Positions 26,426 to 38,410 of a DNA stretch of 64,000 nucleotides are shown one piece after another; position 1 is the stretch's first letter, and every line of letters starts with the position of its first letter. Under the pieces are notes generated by a model. It saw only the letters and a list, made by a program, of their open reading frames with translations, made no database searches and was not told the origin of the DNA. The stretch is from Octopus sinensis (lineage: Eukaryota), in NCBI RefSeq assembly GCF_006345805.1, contig NC_042998.1:124558001-124622000 (forward strand), read 5' to 3'. Position numbers and translations under genes: made by a program.

Positions 26426-27460
26426 ACTAGATTGGTGATATTTCTATTACACTGCACGGAATTAGTTACAGTATCAATGCAATCTGAGTTCAAATAATAC
26501 TCCGTCACTGCAAAACAATGGCACTTTGTTGGTTCTCAGAAACCACATTCAGCTTTAATACTCTTTGATATGCGGCACGCATAATTTTTCTAGTGCAGAG
26601 AAGTCACTTCAGTGCTCATATGCATACATACATAGATTTGTACAGAGAGCGAGAGAGAGAGAGAGGGAGAGATAAGCAAATATATATATTAATTGAATAG
26701 TACAGCATAAATCATATATCCATTACGGCAGATCTTACCAATCAGTTTCGCACTAGAGGTTAAAGGGAGTGTTAGGTAACAGTACGATTATGTTGCCCTG
26801 CACTCATCAGAGGTAGCTGCTATGGAATAAAATATGGTGACTGCTCTTTATTGTTGGAGCTGCAAGGAGAACGGCTGGTGTTGTGAAAATTGAACGTGTA
26901 TAGGTGTATTATATGTATAGCCTTTGCAGTGGGGGTGGCATGCACATCTCAGTTAGTTAATGTATTACCTTTCTTTTATGTCTGTAAAGAAAGAAAGACA
27001 CACATGTATACATAAGTTTAGAGAGAGAAAGAAACCGAGAGTGCGAAAATTGTCTACTTGGCGAAATATTTTTTTGCTGCAGGGGCAGCAAAAAATACAC
27101 ATAGATTTAGATATAACCCCATATTTGTAAGCACGCTTACACTCAAACTATAAATATAGATCATATATTTTACATGAAAATTAATAATTCGAGCTGATTT
27201 GATTATTCATTTTATTGAAATGAATGATATCAATTTCTTTGTAAAAAAAGGGAAAAAGCATTGATTAAAACAATTCTCAACTTAAGTGCAATTTGAAGGA
27301 CCACTATGAAATACATGCTCTATATAAGGTGGAAATTGAGGTTATCACTAAGGATTTCTGGAATTGACATGTTTCCATCATTTAAAGTTCTGGGATCTGG
27401 CTTCTAAGGGTCTTGCATTTGGCTGAAGTTTGGCAGGTCTGTTACATATTTTATCATTTT

Positions 27461-27850
27461 ATCATCTTGTCAAAAACTGTATTACTAGATCACGTTATAT
27501 CCATGTAAACTAATCTTCATCTTATTATTATAAAAAAAAATTATTACATGAGCTGAATATTTTTATGTAAACTATTTCTTGACTCATAACAAAGTATATA
27601 CATATTTTATCTTCTTGCCAAAGACTATATTACTTGATCGAGATATCTTCACGTAAACTGATTTTTTTCTTCTTATCATTATAAAAAAATGTATTACCTG
27701 ATGTGAATATTTTTTATGTAAGCTACTCTTTGACTCACCACAGAGGATATACAAAATTTTAAACCTTTTCTTATGGTTGTCAAGAGTCTATTATTTGATT
27801 TGAATACATTTTTGTAAACTAATTTTTGACACTACAGAGGATACACAAAA
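27461..27850. repeat. Diverged tandem repeat, period about 148 bp
   Basis: atcatcttgtcaaaaactgtattac (27461) versus atcttcttgccaaagactatattac (27609), plus a partial third unit. Confidence 0.75.
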
Positions 27851-27962
27851 GCTCACACTCTAGTTTTGAAAATATTTTTAAATAAGTGAAACCGGTTAAG
27901 TTAATCGATACTTTAAAAAGATTCCTGCATTTTCAGATTCTTTTCTTTATATATATATATAT

Positions 27963-28093
27963 ACGACGGACTTCTTCCAGTTTCCGTCTACTTCGATCAG
28001 CTCCAGGCTATAGTAGACGACAGTTGCTGAAGGTGCCACGCAGTGTAACTGAACTCGTTACCAAGTGGTTGAAAAGCAAGATTCTTACCACAC
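27963..28093 (-). mobile_element. SINE 5' fragment with internal deletion
   Basis: The reverse complement gives tggtaagaatcttgcttttcaacc...gagttcagttacactgcgtggcacc...gtagacggaaactggaagaagtccgtcgt. Confidence 0.65.
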
Positions 28094-28484
28094 ACCCACA
28101 CCTGAAAAATTTAGGGATGAAAAGTTATGTAAATAATAAAACTTCCTTCTCAACGATGCTAAGCTTTTACTCTGTTTGATATGCATATATGAATGTATAC
28201 ATGCATGCAAGGATGCATTTATGAATGTTTATCGTGAGAGAGAGACATACAAACAGAGAGTGAGGGGGGAGAGAGAACTTTACTTCAATGCAACGTTTAA
28301 AAAGTAGGAAAATGGGCGCGCAGGAGATTTCGTCAAAGTTATTGTACGAATAAAATTTTTGAAAACTTCATTTCTCCGTAAGCTATAGAAAATTTTAATT
28401 GAAGCATATTCAAATTGCACAAGAAATTGTAGAAAATCACCTATACGCCTATTGCACACACGTGTGTTTATGTATAAATATTTT

Positions 28485-29035
<551 letters not shown>

Positions 29036-29834
29036 TCTGTAAGCAGTCATTCGTAAACATATCATACTATATATTTATTTATAATAAAAAAAAAAGAAAT
29101 AGCAATCAAACTCCCGGATATTGGTTAGAATTTTATACAAAGAAGCATTTCTTTATGAAATCACTTTCGACTAGGTACACATTCCGTCTGTTATATTATG
29201 AGATAACCAATATTTTAATATAAAGACTTGATGGCGGTAAATTAAGAAATAGAAATGCTGGTATTTGTTATGTTTAATAATCCGTGTGACATTAATCTTT
29301 CGAAATTCTGTAATAAAATCTGCAATAAAAACTGAAAATTAATTCGTGTTGCGTTTTTAATAATGACATTTGAGACACACACTGCTTAGAATATAAAATA
29401 TATTTTAAATTTTGATGATATATGGAGATTTACATTATTTAACAAAGTCGAAGTTTCGACTTTGTTAAATAATGTATAAAGCTGATAGTGTTAGCATTGG
29501 GTTATAAATAGGGAGCTTCAAGTTTCGGATTCCGGTCATTAACTTGTGAAATGTGGTTTTGACAAGTTTTACAGTCAGACGTTAATACAGTCAAGTACAT
29601 ACAAAGCAGTGAGTTGCTGCTTAGAATAGTTTAGTTTACCATTTAGTTGTTGCTGCTGTCTCTGAACAACAGGCCTATAGCTGAAAATATTAAAATTGTT
29701 AGTCATTTATAGGAATGCGTATACACACACATACATACGCGCTCACACACACATACATACATATATATATGCACATATGCAGGTATTTATACACATACAT
29801 ATATATGCATACACACATGTATATATATACATAT

Positions 29835-29892
<58 letters not shown>

Positions 29893-30489
29893 TTGTGTGT
29901 GTGTGTGTGTGTGTGTTTAAGTATGTACACGCTTAAATGCATGCATACAAACATACACACAAATCTACATACAGATAACGAACGAGAAAGAATGTTTAAT
30001 TAATTAATGAAATAGAGAATCAGATAGACTCATATGCCTAAATACAGAGGTAATGTAAAATGTATAGATTCGTTATAGATTCGTACCTGTCATTCTCACC
30101 TTCAGAGATAGCAGAAGGAGAGTTATGGTACTAGTTATTCATACATCTTTAAAGTGCATTAATATCGTGATACGATATCTCACTGGGAAGTGAACGCGGA
30201 ATTGTAGAAAGAACCAACCTTTAAAAAGAAACTGGGTCGTTTTTTTTTCACGATATCAATATTTTTCTGAATTCCTTATCTGTGAGAATTTCTTCCTTAA
30301 AGAGGCAGAATATTTCTTTCCGTTTATTTGTTACGGTAAAATGAGGAGTCAAAAACAAACAAAGACATATACATTCTTTCCTAGAATAACAACATTAGCA
30401 CTGACGTGGCATAGCATCTAATGAAACTGTTGATAAAATATACATAAAAAGGTATGAGTGTGTTTGTGTGTACATGTACGTGTGCATGA

Positions 30490-30538
<49 letters not shown>

Positions 30539-31712
30539 ATATAACTTTTGTAAGTGGAAGTATATATTATCTAACTTTTGTAAGTGGAAGTATAATCAAT
30601 AAATTTGGCTCCAATGTTTTCCGAAGGATATAAGAATACACAACCTATTATGATAGATAGCAGTATATAAATTCAACACTTTAAGTTAACAAACCATTCA
30701 TTCCGTACTCTCACTAGTGTAATGCACCTATTTGGTGACCTTATTTATAGGCATATTGACAAAGGCAACAGCAGGAAATTTTTCCGATAATCTACATAGT
30801 GCAACACCACTGATGCGATACAAACCGTTGGCACGTTGTCTAGTAGTTAGACATGCCATTAAGCCGACATCCACTGTTCTCATTTGAATAAATTTGCTTC
30901 TGACTATAATCTCTTGTAATGTGCCGAATTATAAACTTCGTACAGATTCCGATGACTTAACGCATACTTGTGTTTCTCTTGTCTGTTGCATATCAGCAAT
31001 TATTGCCCAATTGAATAGATATTACTATTAAGTGTAAATTTCATTTCAGTTCAGAAAATTCTCAATTGGTAAGGACTTTACACTATGTCCAAAATTATAT
31101 TTCATAGTTAGCTTTCTGTAAGAAGAACGTCGCCGCTTCTGAACACCAGATATCAATGTTGCAGGAACTGGTTTTGAATGACAGCTACATTATCAAGTTT
31201 ATTTTGTTATCTTCAATGCTATTCGAGAGATCTTCACAGTTTTCGTAGGTAAAGTTAATTTAGTCGTACAACTTTCTATAGAACTGAATCTTCTGTCAGA
31301 TTTTCCTAATTTCTAATTGCCAGTAACTTCTATAAGACGGCACTCTTTCTCTGTAGGATATCTTCATTCCGACAGCTGTCGTTCATTGCAAGTAATGCGA
31401 GAAACAAAAGATAAAGGAAAATTTAATTTAATATTATCTCCTATACGTTATCATATAGATTTAATTCCGTTCTTCTTTCTAAACGGCAACGTCAGCACTT
31501 TCAGAGCAGCTTATTCTTCGTTAAGAAAACTTAACCAAATTTCCGATACTTCGAAATAATGCATTTCCATATTTCTTTGTTTTTAATTACGATCGTAAAT
31601 AAAGGTAGAGTGGGGATGGAAGAAAAGATAAGAAAATTGAATTCTTTCAATAGGTTTCACCCATTTCTCTCTTACACACACTACTACTCGCATTTCATAT
31701 ACATACACACAT

Positions 31713-31766
<54 letters not shown>

Positions 31767-31784
31767 CAAGATAGATAGATAGAT

Positions 31785-31867
<83 letters not shown>
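31767..31867. repeat. (GATA)n microsatellite
   Basis: Direct reading. Confidence 0.95.
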
Positions 31868-31868
<1 letters not shown>

Positions 31869-32179
31869 TACGTATGTATATATATATAGGCATGTATGTA
31901 TATGTATATTAGTGTTGTGAGTTTTTTTATAATAAAAAACAATTTTACATTAATATGAAGGGCTATTTTATACATTTGATGAGCACAACTTAGTTACTCT
32001 TAAATAAGAGTGTTGTTGACTGTGGCTTCGAAGTTTCGGCCGCCTAAACCATCGTCTGACACACGCACAAACACATACACACACTTATACACACATACAT
32101 ACACACACTAGCACAAAAACATATATATATATATATATATACCATAAATATATATATATATATTTATATGATTATTATT

Positions 32180-32645
32180 ACTCAGCGGGAGAGCAACCAT
32201 GCCATTAAGTGACACTGGGGTAGATATACGAACTCCACTAGACCCATGATGGCAACCCGTCTGATAAGTGTACACAACTAAACCAAGTACATGCATCACG
32301 ACCATATGTACTGGACATGATGATCTCATATCAAGATAAACAGCGCGTGACCTTGCAAGGGAAGCCCAGTGAGAATTTTCTTCAGGTCGAGTAGACCATC
32401 ACGCTCAAAATGCTCCTGAATAAAGGATTTTAAGGATGCTGAATGAAACACGTTTCATGATAAATGAAACACTTTTCCAGGGTTGATTTACAAACCCAAA
32501 CAATCTCTCTCAACACATAGCTATGATGCTCCCCCACTACTCCTGTTCATGATCAGAGATGTACATATGGGGAGTTACTATGGAACATACTCAACTGGTT
32601 ATGCTCAAGCAAGTGACAAGCGAATGTAGAATATTTGTTGCAGCC
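32180..32645. mobile_element. Interspersed repeat abutting (TTA)n; second copy at 61713-61943
   Basis: gagagca...catgccat...aagtgaca...ggggta...cccgtctgataag...catgcatcac...gatctcatatcaagataaacagc...gaccttgca is shared between the two loci, and both start directly after attattatt. Confidence 0.75.
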
Positions 32646-33127
32646 TATTTTTCACCAAGACAAAATATTTATGATAACATTTTCAATCAGTTCAGATCTG
32701 AAGTCATGAGAGCCACTGTCTGGTATTGCATCAGGGTATTGTGCACGAACGTGTTTAGGGTGCATGTGTGTATGGATGATTGATGAACATATGTACCTTC
32801 CTATAGTTATATGTGTACATATGTGTGTCTGTGTTTTCCGGAAGAACATGTACGCTTGCGTACTCGTGTTTTTATCAGATCTGTGCACATGTATGTACAT
32901 ATATGCGCATGCTTTTTATATTTACGTGTGTGAGGAAGGCAGATGTTTACTAGCATGGTTATAACAGCGGTGATAGGGAATGCTAGTGTGATTGCAACAG
33001 CGGTTCTAGGGATGGAGTTAACATTGGATTGAGGTTTGGTGGTCTTAAGGGGAGAAAAAAAGAAAGGAAAAGCATATGTACATTGATGGATGTGTGTGAG
33101 TGTGCTAGGAATCCCATGTATTTAGAT

Positions 33128-33500
33128 ACTAGCAGTATCGCCCGGCGTTGCTCGGGTTTGTAAGGGAAATAACTATAAAGCATTTTTAGAGAGTTATAGC
33201 CAAAAAATGAGAAAAAAATGATGGTAAATTTTTTTTTAGTTAAAAAGGTCGAGTTGCGTCCCCTAGACAGTCTGTTGTTTGTGTTTCTGATTCTGGACCC
33301 CATGTCGAATTTATCGATTTTTTTCAGAACTGGGGGAACTTTTCAAAATTTTCGCTGCGTTAGTTTTGAATTATGACATTGGGCTATGTGTGTGTTAAGT
33401 TTCATCAGAATCGGTTGAAAGCCGTGGTCAGGGTGAGGGTACAACCTAACAGACACACAGAAACACACACAGACATACTGCCGTTTATATATAGAGAGAT
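33128..33500 (+). mobile_element. Non-autonomous Helitron/Helentron-associated element (HINE/DINE-like)
   Basis: 5' actagc followed by the hairpin cccggcgttgctcggg; 3' region aagtttcatcagaatcggttgaaagccg...acagaca...gtttatatatagagagat, typical of this class. Confidence 0.65.
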
Positions 33501-33603
33501 ATATGACAACGTACTCATATACGAGCTCCCCACCACACAAGTCCATAGCTGATAGACCTGCATATGCATCTGATATCCAGATCTATGTATTAGTAAATCT
33601 GAT

Positions 33604-33608
33604 AAACA

Positions 33609-33689
<81 letters not shown>

Positions 33690-33692
33690 ACA
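33604..33692. repeat. (CA)n microsatellite
   Basis: Direct reading. Confidence 0.97.
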
Positions 33693-34028
33693 CGTCCCCG
33701 GTCACATATTTGACGGCTCGCAAGGCGCTGCAAAGACCGGCCAAACAGGAAGTCACATTAGCTTCTTGTCTAACTACGTGATCCAAGAAATTTTTCTTTT
33801 TTTTTAATGCATCTTTTGTTGCTGGAATGTCGATCTCACTTCTAACAACACCGTGTGACCCGCCTTAACCAATAGCAGCCTAGTTTTCGGTAGTCATCTT
33901 GGACATCCTGCATCTCTCCGATCGGCTAATTGAACCCGACGTTAGAAGCCAACAAAAGTCGTATATTTATGTAAAAAGAGAGTGAGAATGAGAAAAACAG
34001 AGATATACACATGCGTATGTATATATAC

Positions 34029-34069
<41 letters not shown>

Positions 34070-34087
34070 CACATACACACACACATA

Positions 34088-34127
<40 letters not shown>

Positions 34128-34227
34128 TAAACATACATATATGGAATGATGAGGACAACTGAGTGAGGAAGTGCCACTCCCTAACAGTAGAAGGGACCTG
34201 TGGAAGAAGTAGACCCAGAAAAGTAAC

Positions 34228-34660
34228 CATCCGAACGTGGTTGATTCCAAGTTCCGCTTGACTGGCTCACGTGCCGGTGGCACATAAAAAGCACTATCCG
34301 AACGTGATCGATGCCAGGACCGATTGACTGCCCTCCCTACTCGTGCCGGTAAGACGTAAAAAACACCATCCGAATGTGGCCAAAGCCAATAGCCCCTGAC
34401 TGGTCTCCGTGCCGGTGGCACGTAAAAAGCACTGTTCGACCATGATCGATGCCCGGCCCGCCTAATTGGCTCCTGTGCGGATGGCACGTAAAAAGCACCC
34501 ACTAAACTCTCGGAGAGGTTGACGTTGGGAAGGGCATCCAGCTGTAGAGATACTGCCAGATTAGATTGGAGCCTAGTGCAGTCGCTGGCTCTCCAGACCT
34601 CAGTCAAACCGTCCAACCCATGGAAGCGTGGAAAATGGACGTTTAACGATGATGACGATG
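34228..34660 (+). mobile_element. Retroposon 3' end (probably RTE-related) with an internal tandem array of hairpin units and a (GAT)n tail
   Basis: Four gtgccggtggcacgtaaaaagcac-like units at 34271, 34343, 34409 and 34475, then gttggaagggcatccagctgtaga...ccgtccaacccatg...gtttaacgatgatgacgatg. Confidence 0.6.
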
Positions 34661-35649
34661 AGGAGGAGGAGGAGGAGAAGGAGGAGGAGGGTGATATGTA
34701 TTCGTCTGTGTGTGTTTGCTATTCACTGCTCTAAACGTAAATATTTAAATATTTTCTATTATTGTATCAGCTTCCTCTGTATACAACAAAGCATATATGC
34801 TTACAATTACCAGCTATTGTAATTTACCCATACATGTGATCACAAGCATACTCCACACAAGGCATTCTAATTAGTGTAGCGTATCCTATTGCTCAACCAA
34901 TATTTGGGAACTTTTCAGACTCATGTCGAAAGCAACTACTACTAGGAATTGACCAATGGACAAGCATTATTTTCTCCAACCTCTCACCTTTCAGTCAACT
35001 GGTATATTTTGTTCTTCAAATGCCGTTTACCTAAAGTAACTTGCCCAGTGCCTGGTTAACATTTACTGTGGTATAATTGTTTATTGTTTCGATGAATTTC
35101 CTTCACGAATGTCCGTTGAAGTGTCACCAACGTTATGACTTGTTTTAAGAATTACCACGATATCATATCTTTCACAACATTGTTTGAAATTCATGGCTTA
35201 AAGGGATTTAGACAAGAACGAGAAAAATTAACAAGATTATTCTAGATTTAGATCAATATTTTACAGGTTTTAGACTTGATTTATTCAGAAATATTTTAAG
35301 GAATTTGTTCACTGCTATAGGATTATTTTCTTTGAGGCCGAAATGAATACTTTCAAGACAATTTCATCATCGTTTAAGGAATGTTTGTGAGATAAGGAGA
35401 AATGAAAGCTGTCCTATCCACTTTTGAATACAACAAATCAGTTTAGGTAGAATTATTGAATTTTGCTAGGGAAGCTTGTTTTGGGAATTCGGAAATGTAG
35501 AAACATAAAAAAATGTATTCGCACCAGTAGAAAGCATCAAAATGCATGCGGATGGGTATGTGTGTGTGCGTGTTTGTGTGCGTGCGTTTTGAAATTTATA
35601 GACAAACAAAAGAAGATAGGTGTATGAACAACTACCCACTGAATTAGTT

Positions 35650-37150
35650 TGACGCTCGGGAAAATGAAAAAGTATTTTACGTTTCGATCTTATGCTCTTC
35701 AGCAGAAAGAAATAAGAGAAAATAAACAGAAAGAGAATAAAACGAACTTGGAAATTTCAGCTGTCCAGGATGGCGGATGATTAGAAAAAACAAGTTTGAA
35801 AGAAAGGGAGATAATAATTTTAAGAAGAGGTTGAAAGAAAGGGAGGTAATAAAGTGCTGGTGATCCCAAAAGAAGGTGCGTGTGCGTGAGTATGTAAGTG
35901 TGAATGTGTAAGTGTGTGTGTGTGTGTGTGTGTAGGGGCTAGAGACTCTGACCTGTGTGAGTGTGAGCGTCTGCAACGTGTGTGTTGTGCGTAGCAGTTG
36001 AGGTGTGCTTTTTCAGGTGGTGTGTGCACATGTGTGTATGTGTGCGTATGTGTATGTGTGTGTCTGTGACCAAACAGTGTGCATGTGTATGGTGTGTATA
36101 TGTGGACGAAATTTATCTATGTATGTTGCGTGTGCTAATGCGTGTTGCGTGTGTATGTGTATATAGCCAACGTTCAGGTATGATATGATCGTGTGGGTGT
36201 GGAAGTATGAATTGTCTGTGTTCAGGTATTATGTGCTTGTGAGTGTATGCAGGATGGTGTGTGGTGTGTGTACTGAGTTAAACAGTGTGTGTGACTACTC
36301 ATATAGTGTATGTGTAGTGACGCTATTTAAGATTGTGCGTTGAATGTGTGAATGACAGTGTGTGTTGTGGGTGCTGGGAAGTAGTCAGTGCTAGTGTGTG
36401 TGTATGGAGTGATGTTCGGTGGTATCAATGAAGAGAGGAGGTGAGGTAGGTGTCAGTTGAAGAGAGGAGGGGAGCTGAGTCCATATGGCATAAAGGAGCG
36501 AAGAGAGATTAATTCCTGTTCAGAGCGATGGAGGGAGTCCGGATGGCTTCTGCGCAAAGACAGTCCGAACACAGACAGATGTTGTAGCGAATGACCGGTA
36601 GAGCGGAAATAACGCGAGACCGGGGTGTCCTTGTCGAGTCTGACCGGTGTATCATTGCCGATGTATAGGGAAGGGCCGAGAGAGAAGGAGATGCAGTAAA
36701 TAACGTTACCAGAAGTGCAGGTAAAGTAGTCGGTGATGTAATAGGGACGATGATGGGTGCCTATGAGGATGGTGGTATTCGAGAAATATGGACAGGTGCG
36801 ACAGTGTAAACGGGAGCAGGGGAACGAGACAGGCTGAGATGTGGGGTTAGGGAAGAAACTGGGGACCAAGAGGTCATGCAGCTTATGGTCTCGTTTGAAG
36901 GAGTGAAGGGGTAGGTTGGGGAAGATGTGCGAGGCGGAGTGGTGGGACTGGAGTCGCTGGAAGGCTCGGAGAATTGTGCGTTGGAGGGGCATGGTGGAGG
37001 GATTGTAGGTGAGGGGAAAACGGGAAATGGGTAATGTCTGGGTGGATGCGGGGGGATGAGCAGAGGCATGGTCCACGGATCGTGTTCTGACAAGAGCAAT
37101 GTGGTCAGTGGTGAGGGCATATCCACGTAGAAGGAAGTGGGGAACCATGA
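35650..37150 (-). mobile_element. 3' portion of a Penelope (Poseidon-type) element: GIY-YIG domain plus pLTR
   Basis: ORF 36453-37148 reads RFPLTYNP...FKRDHKLHDLLV...FPCSRLHCRTC...FTCTSGNVIYCI...LYIG...EQELI...PYGL. It is followed by a CA-rich UTR and a hammerhead motif. Confidence 0.88.
35675..35708 (-). ncRNA. Candidate minimal hammerhead (C6 variant) in the Penelope pLTR
   Basis: Minus strand: ttt CTGCTGA a gagc-ataa-gatc GAAAC GTA aaa. Palindromic ACGT stem III; one stem II mismatch relative to the 25832 copy. Confidence 0.6.
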
Positions 37151-37197
37151 GTCAGGACTGAGTCTCAAAGTCATGGTTACCACTGCAGAGCCTGCAG

Positions 37198-37415
37198 TTT
37201 ATTTCCCACAGGAGGCTAAACATAGAGGGGACAAACAAGGACAGACAAAAAGATTAAGCCGATTGCACCGACCCCAGTACATATCTGGTACTTATTTAAT
37301 TTTCCCCGAAAGGCAAAGTCGACCTCGGCGGAATTTCAACTGAGAACGTAACGGCAGGCGAAATACTGCTAAGCATTTCACCCGGCGTGCTAACGTCTCT
37401 GCCAGCTCGCTGCCT
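37198..37415 (-). mobile_element. tRNA-derived SINE with tail type A (LINE-like tail)
   Basis: Minus strand: ggcagcgagctggcagagacgttagcacgccggg...ctcagttgaaattccgccgaggtcgactttgcc...gtcccctctatgtttagcctcctgtgggaaataaa. Confidence 0.85.
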
Positions 37416-37428
37416 ACTGTTGAGACTA

Positions 37429-37647
37429 ATATTCTTTTCTACTCTAGGAATAAGGCCTGGAATTTTGGGGGAGGTCGGTCCAGTCGATTAGATCAACTCC
37501 AGTACGAAACTGGTACTTAATTTTTCGACCCCGAAAGGATGAAAAGGAAAGTCGACCTCGGCGGAATTTCGACTTAGAACATAACGGCAGACGAAATACT
37601 ACTAAGCATTTCGCCCGGCGTGCTAACCTTTCCGCCAGCTCGCCGCC
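37429..37647 (-). mobile_element. tRNA-derived SINE, same head, tail type B
   Basis: Minus strand: ggcggcgagctggcggaaaggttagcacgccgggcg...gtcgaaattccgccgaggtcgac...ccccaaaattccaggccttattcctagagtagaaaagaata. Confidence 0.85.
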
Positions 37648-38039
37648 TTTTATTGAGGTTAATATTGATAGCAGTATGTAGTTCATTTCAGTGACATGTT
37701 TACTGAAATTTTGGTTTGCGTATAGGGGGTTATAGGGAAAGGGGTTAAAATATTTGGTTTGACATAGACACCAATTATTTTGCGATGTAGGCATTTAACT
37801 AGAGTTGAGAAACAGATTTGTTGCTGCAGGGAAGAAATGTAATTTACTTTATGTTCATAAATATTTATTTCAACACACCCCAGTAGTGAGTTCTGTCGTA
37901 TAAGAACAATTCTCTATAATTCTCTATCGTGCTCTTGCTCCCTTCGTTTACAACACCATTATGTCGTTTTTGAAATTATATCCTATCTATGTAATTATAT
38001 CCATTTTTCTATGCGGAGATGACAGATTATATTTAGTCC

Positions 38040-38410
38040 AACCCTCAATCCACGCTCTCCGCCCACTAATCACAGGTCCCTCCTCCAAAGTGTCCTATCA
38101 AAAGTAACCGTCATTAGACTTCGGGCGAATTCCCAAGCGTATCCAACATTTCGTTCTTTGTACATCCCTAGGTCTCTTACCGGTTGACTCGGCCTGCAGA
38201 ATCCATCTTGCGATCCTTTCCTCCCACAATCTAATCACATGTCCTGAGACCCGGAACTGTAGCCTCTCAATGCAGAGAAATAACGGATCGACATGGAGAG
38301 GGCTCCCCGATTTCCGCACCTTCTCAAGTAAGGCTATTCCTGATATCCTTCGGAGGAACCCTTGTTTTGGTCGCTTGTATTCTTGATTGTACGCATTTGG
38401 TCATTACCTA
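38040..38410 (-). pseudogene. RTE-clade LINE C-terminal remnant
   Basis: LRRISGI...IERLQFRVSGHVIRLWEERIARWILQAESTGKRPRDVQRTKC resembles the RTE motif LRWFGHVxRM...GKRPRGRPRTRW. Confidence 0.7.

Noticed and set aside
26790-26820. CTGATGAgtgc on the minus strand; similar isolated CTGANGA heptamers at about 9277, 10780, 11820, 47810 and 54447
   Set aside because: No correctly placed GAAA, stem III and NUH, or no stem I; such heptamers occur by chance.
33700-33950. Slightly GC-richer patch with CAGGAAGT and CCAAT motifs, a possible promoter
   Set aside because: Short motifs alone are not evidence, and no associated gene is seen.
34271-34500. CRISPR array
   Set aside because: Eukaryotic context, no cas genes, spacers related to each other, and embedded in a retroposon tail. 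Reported instead as a tandem hairpin array.
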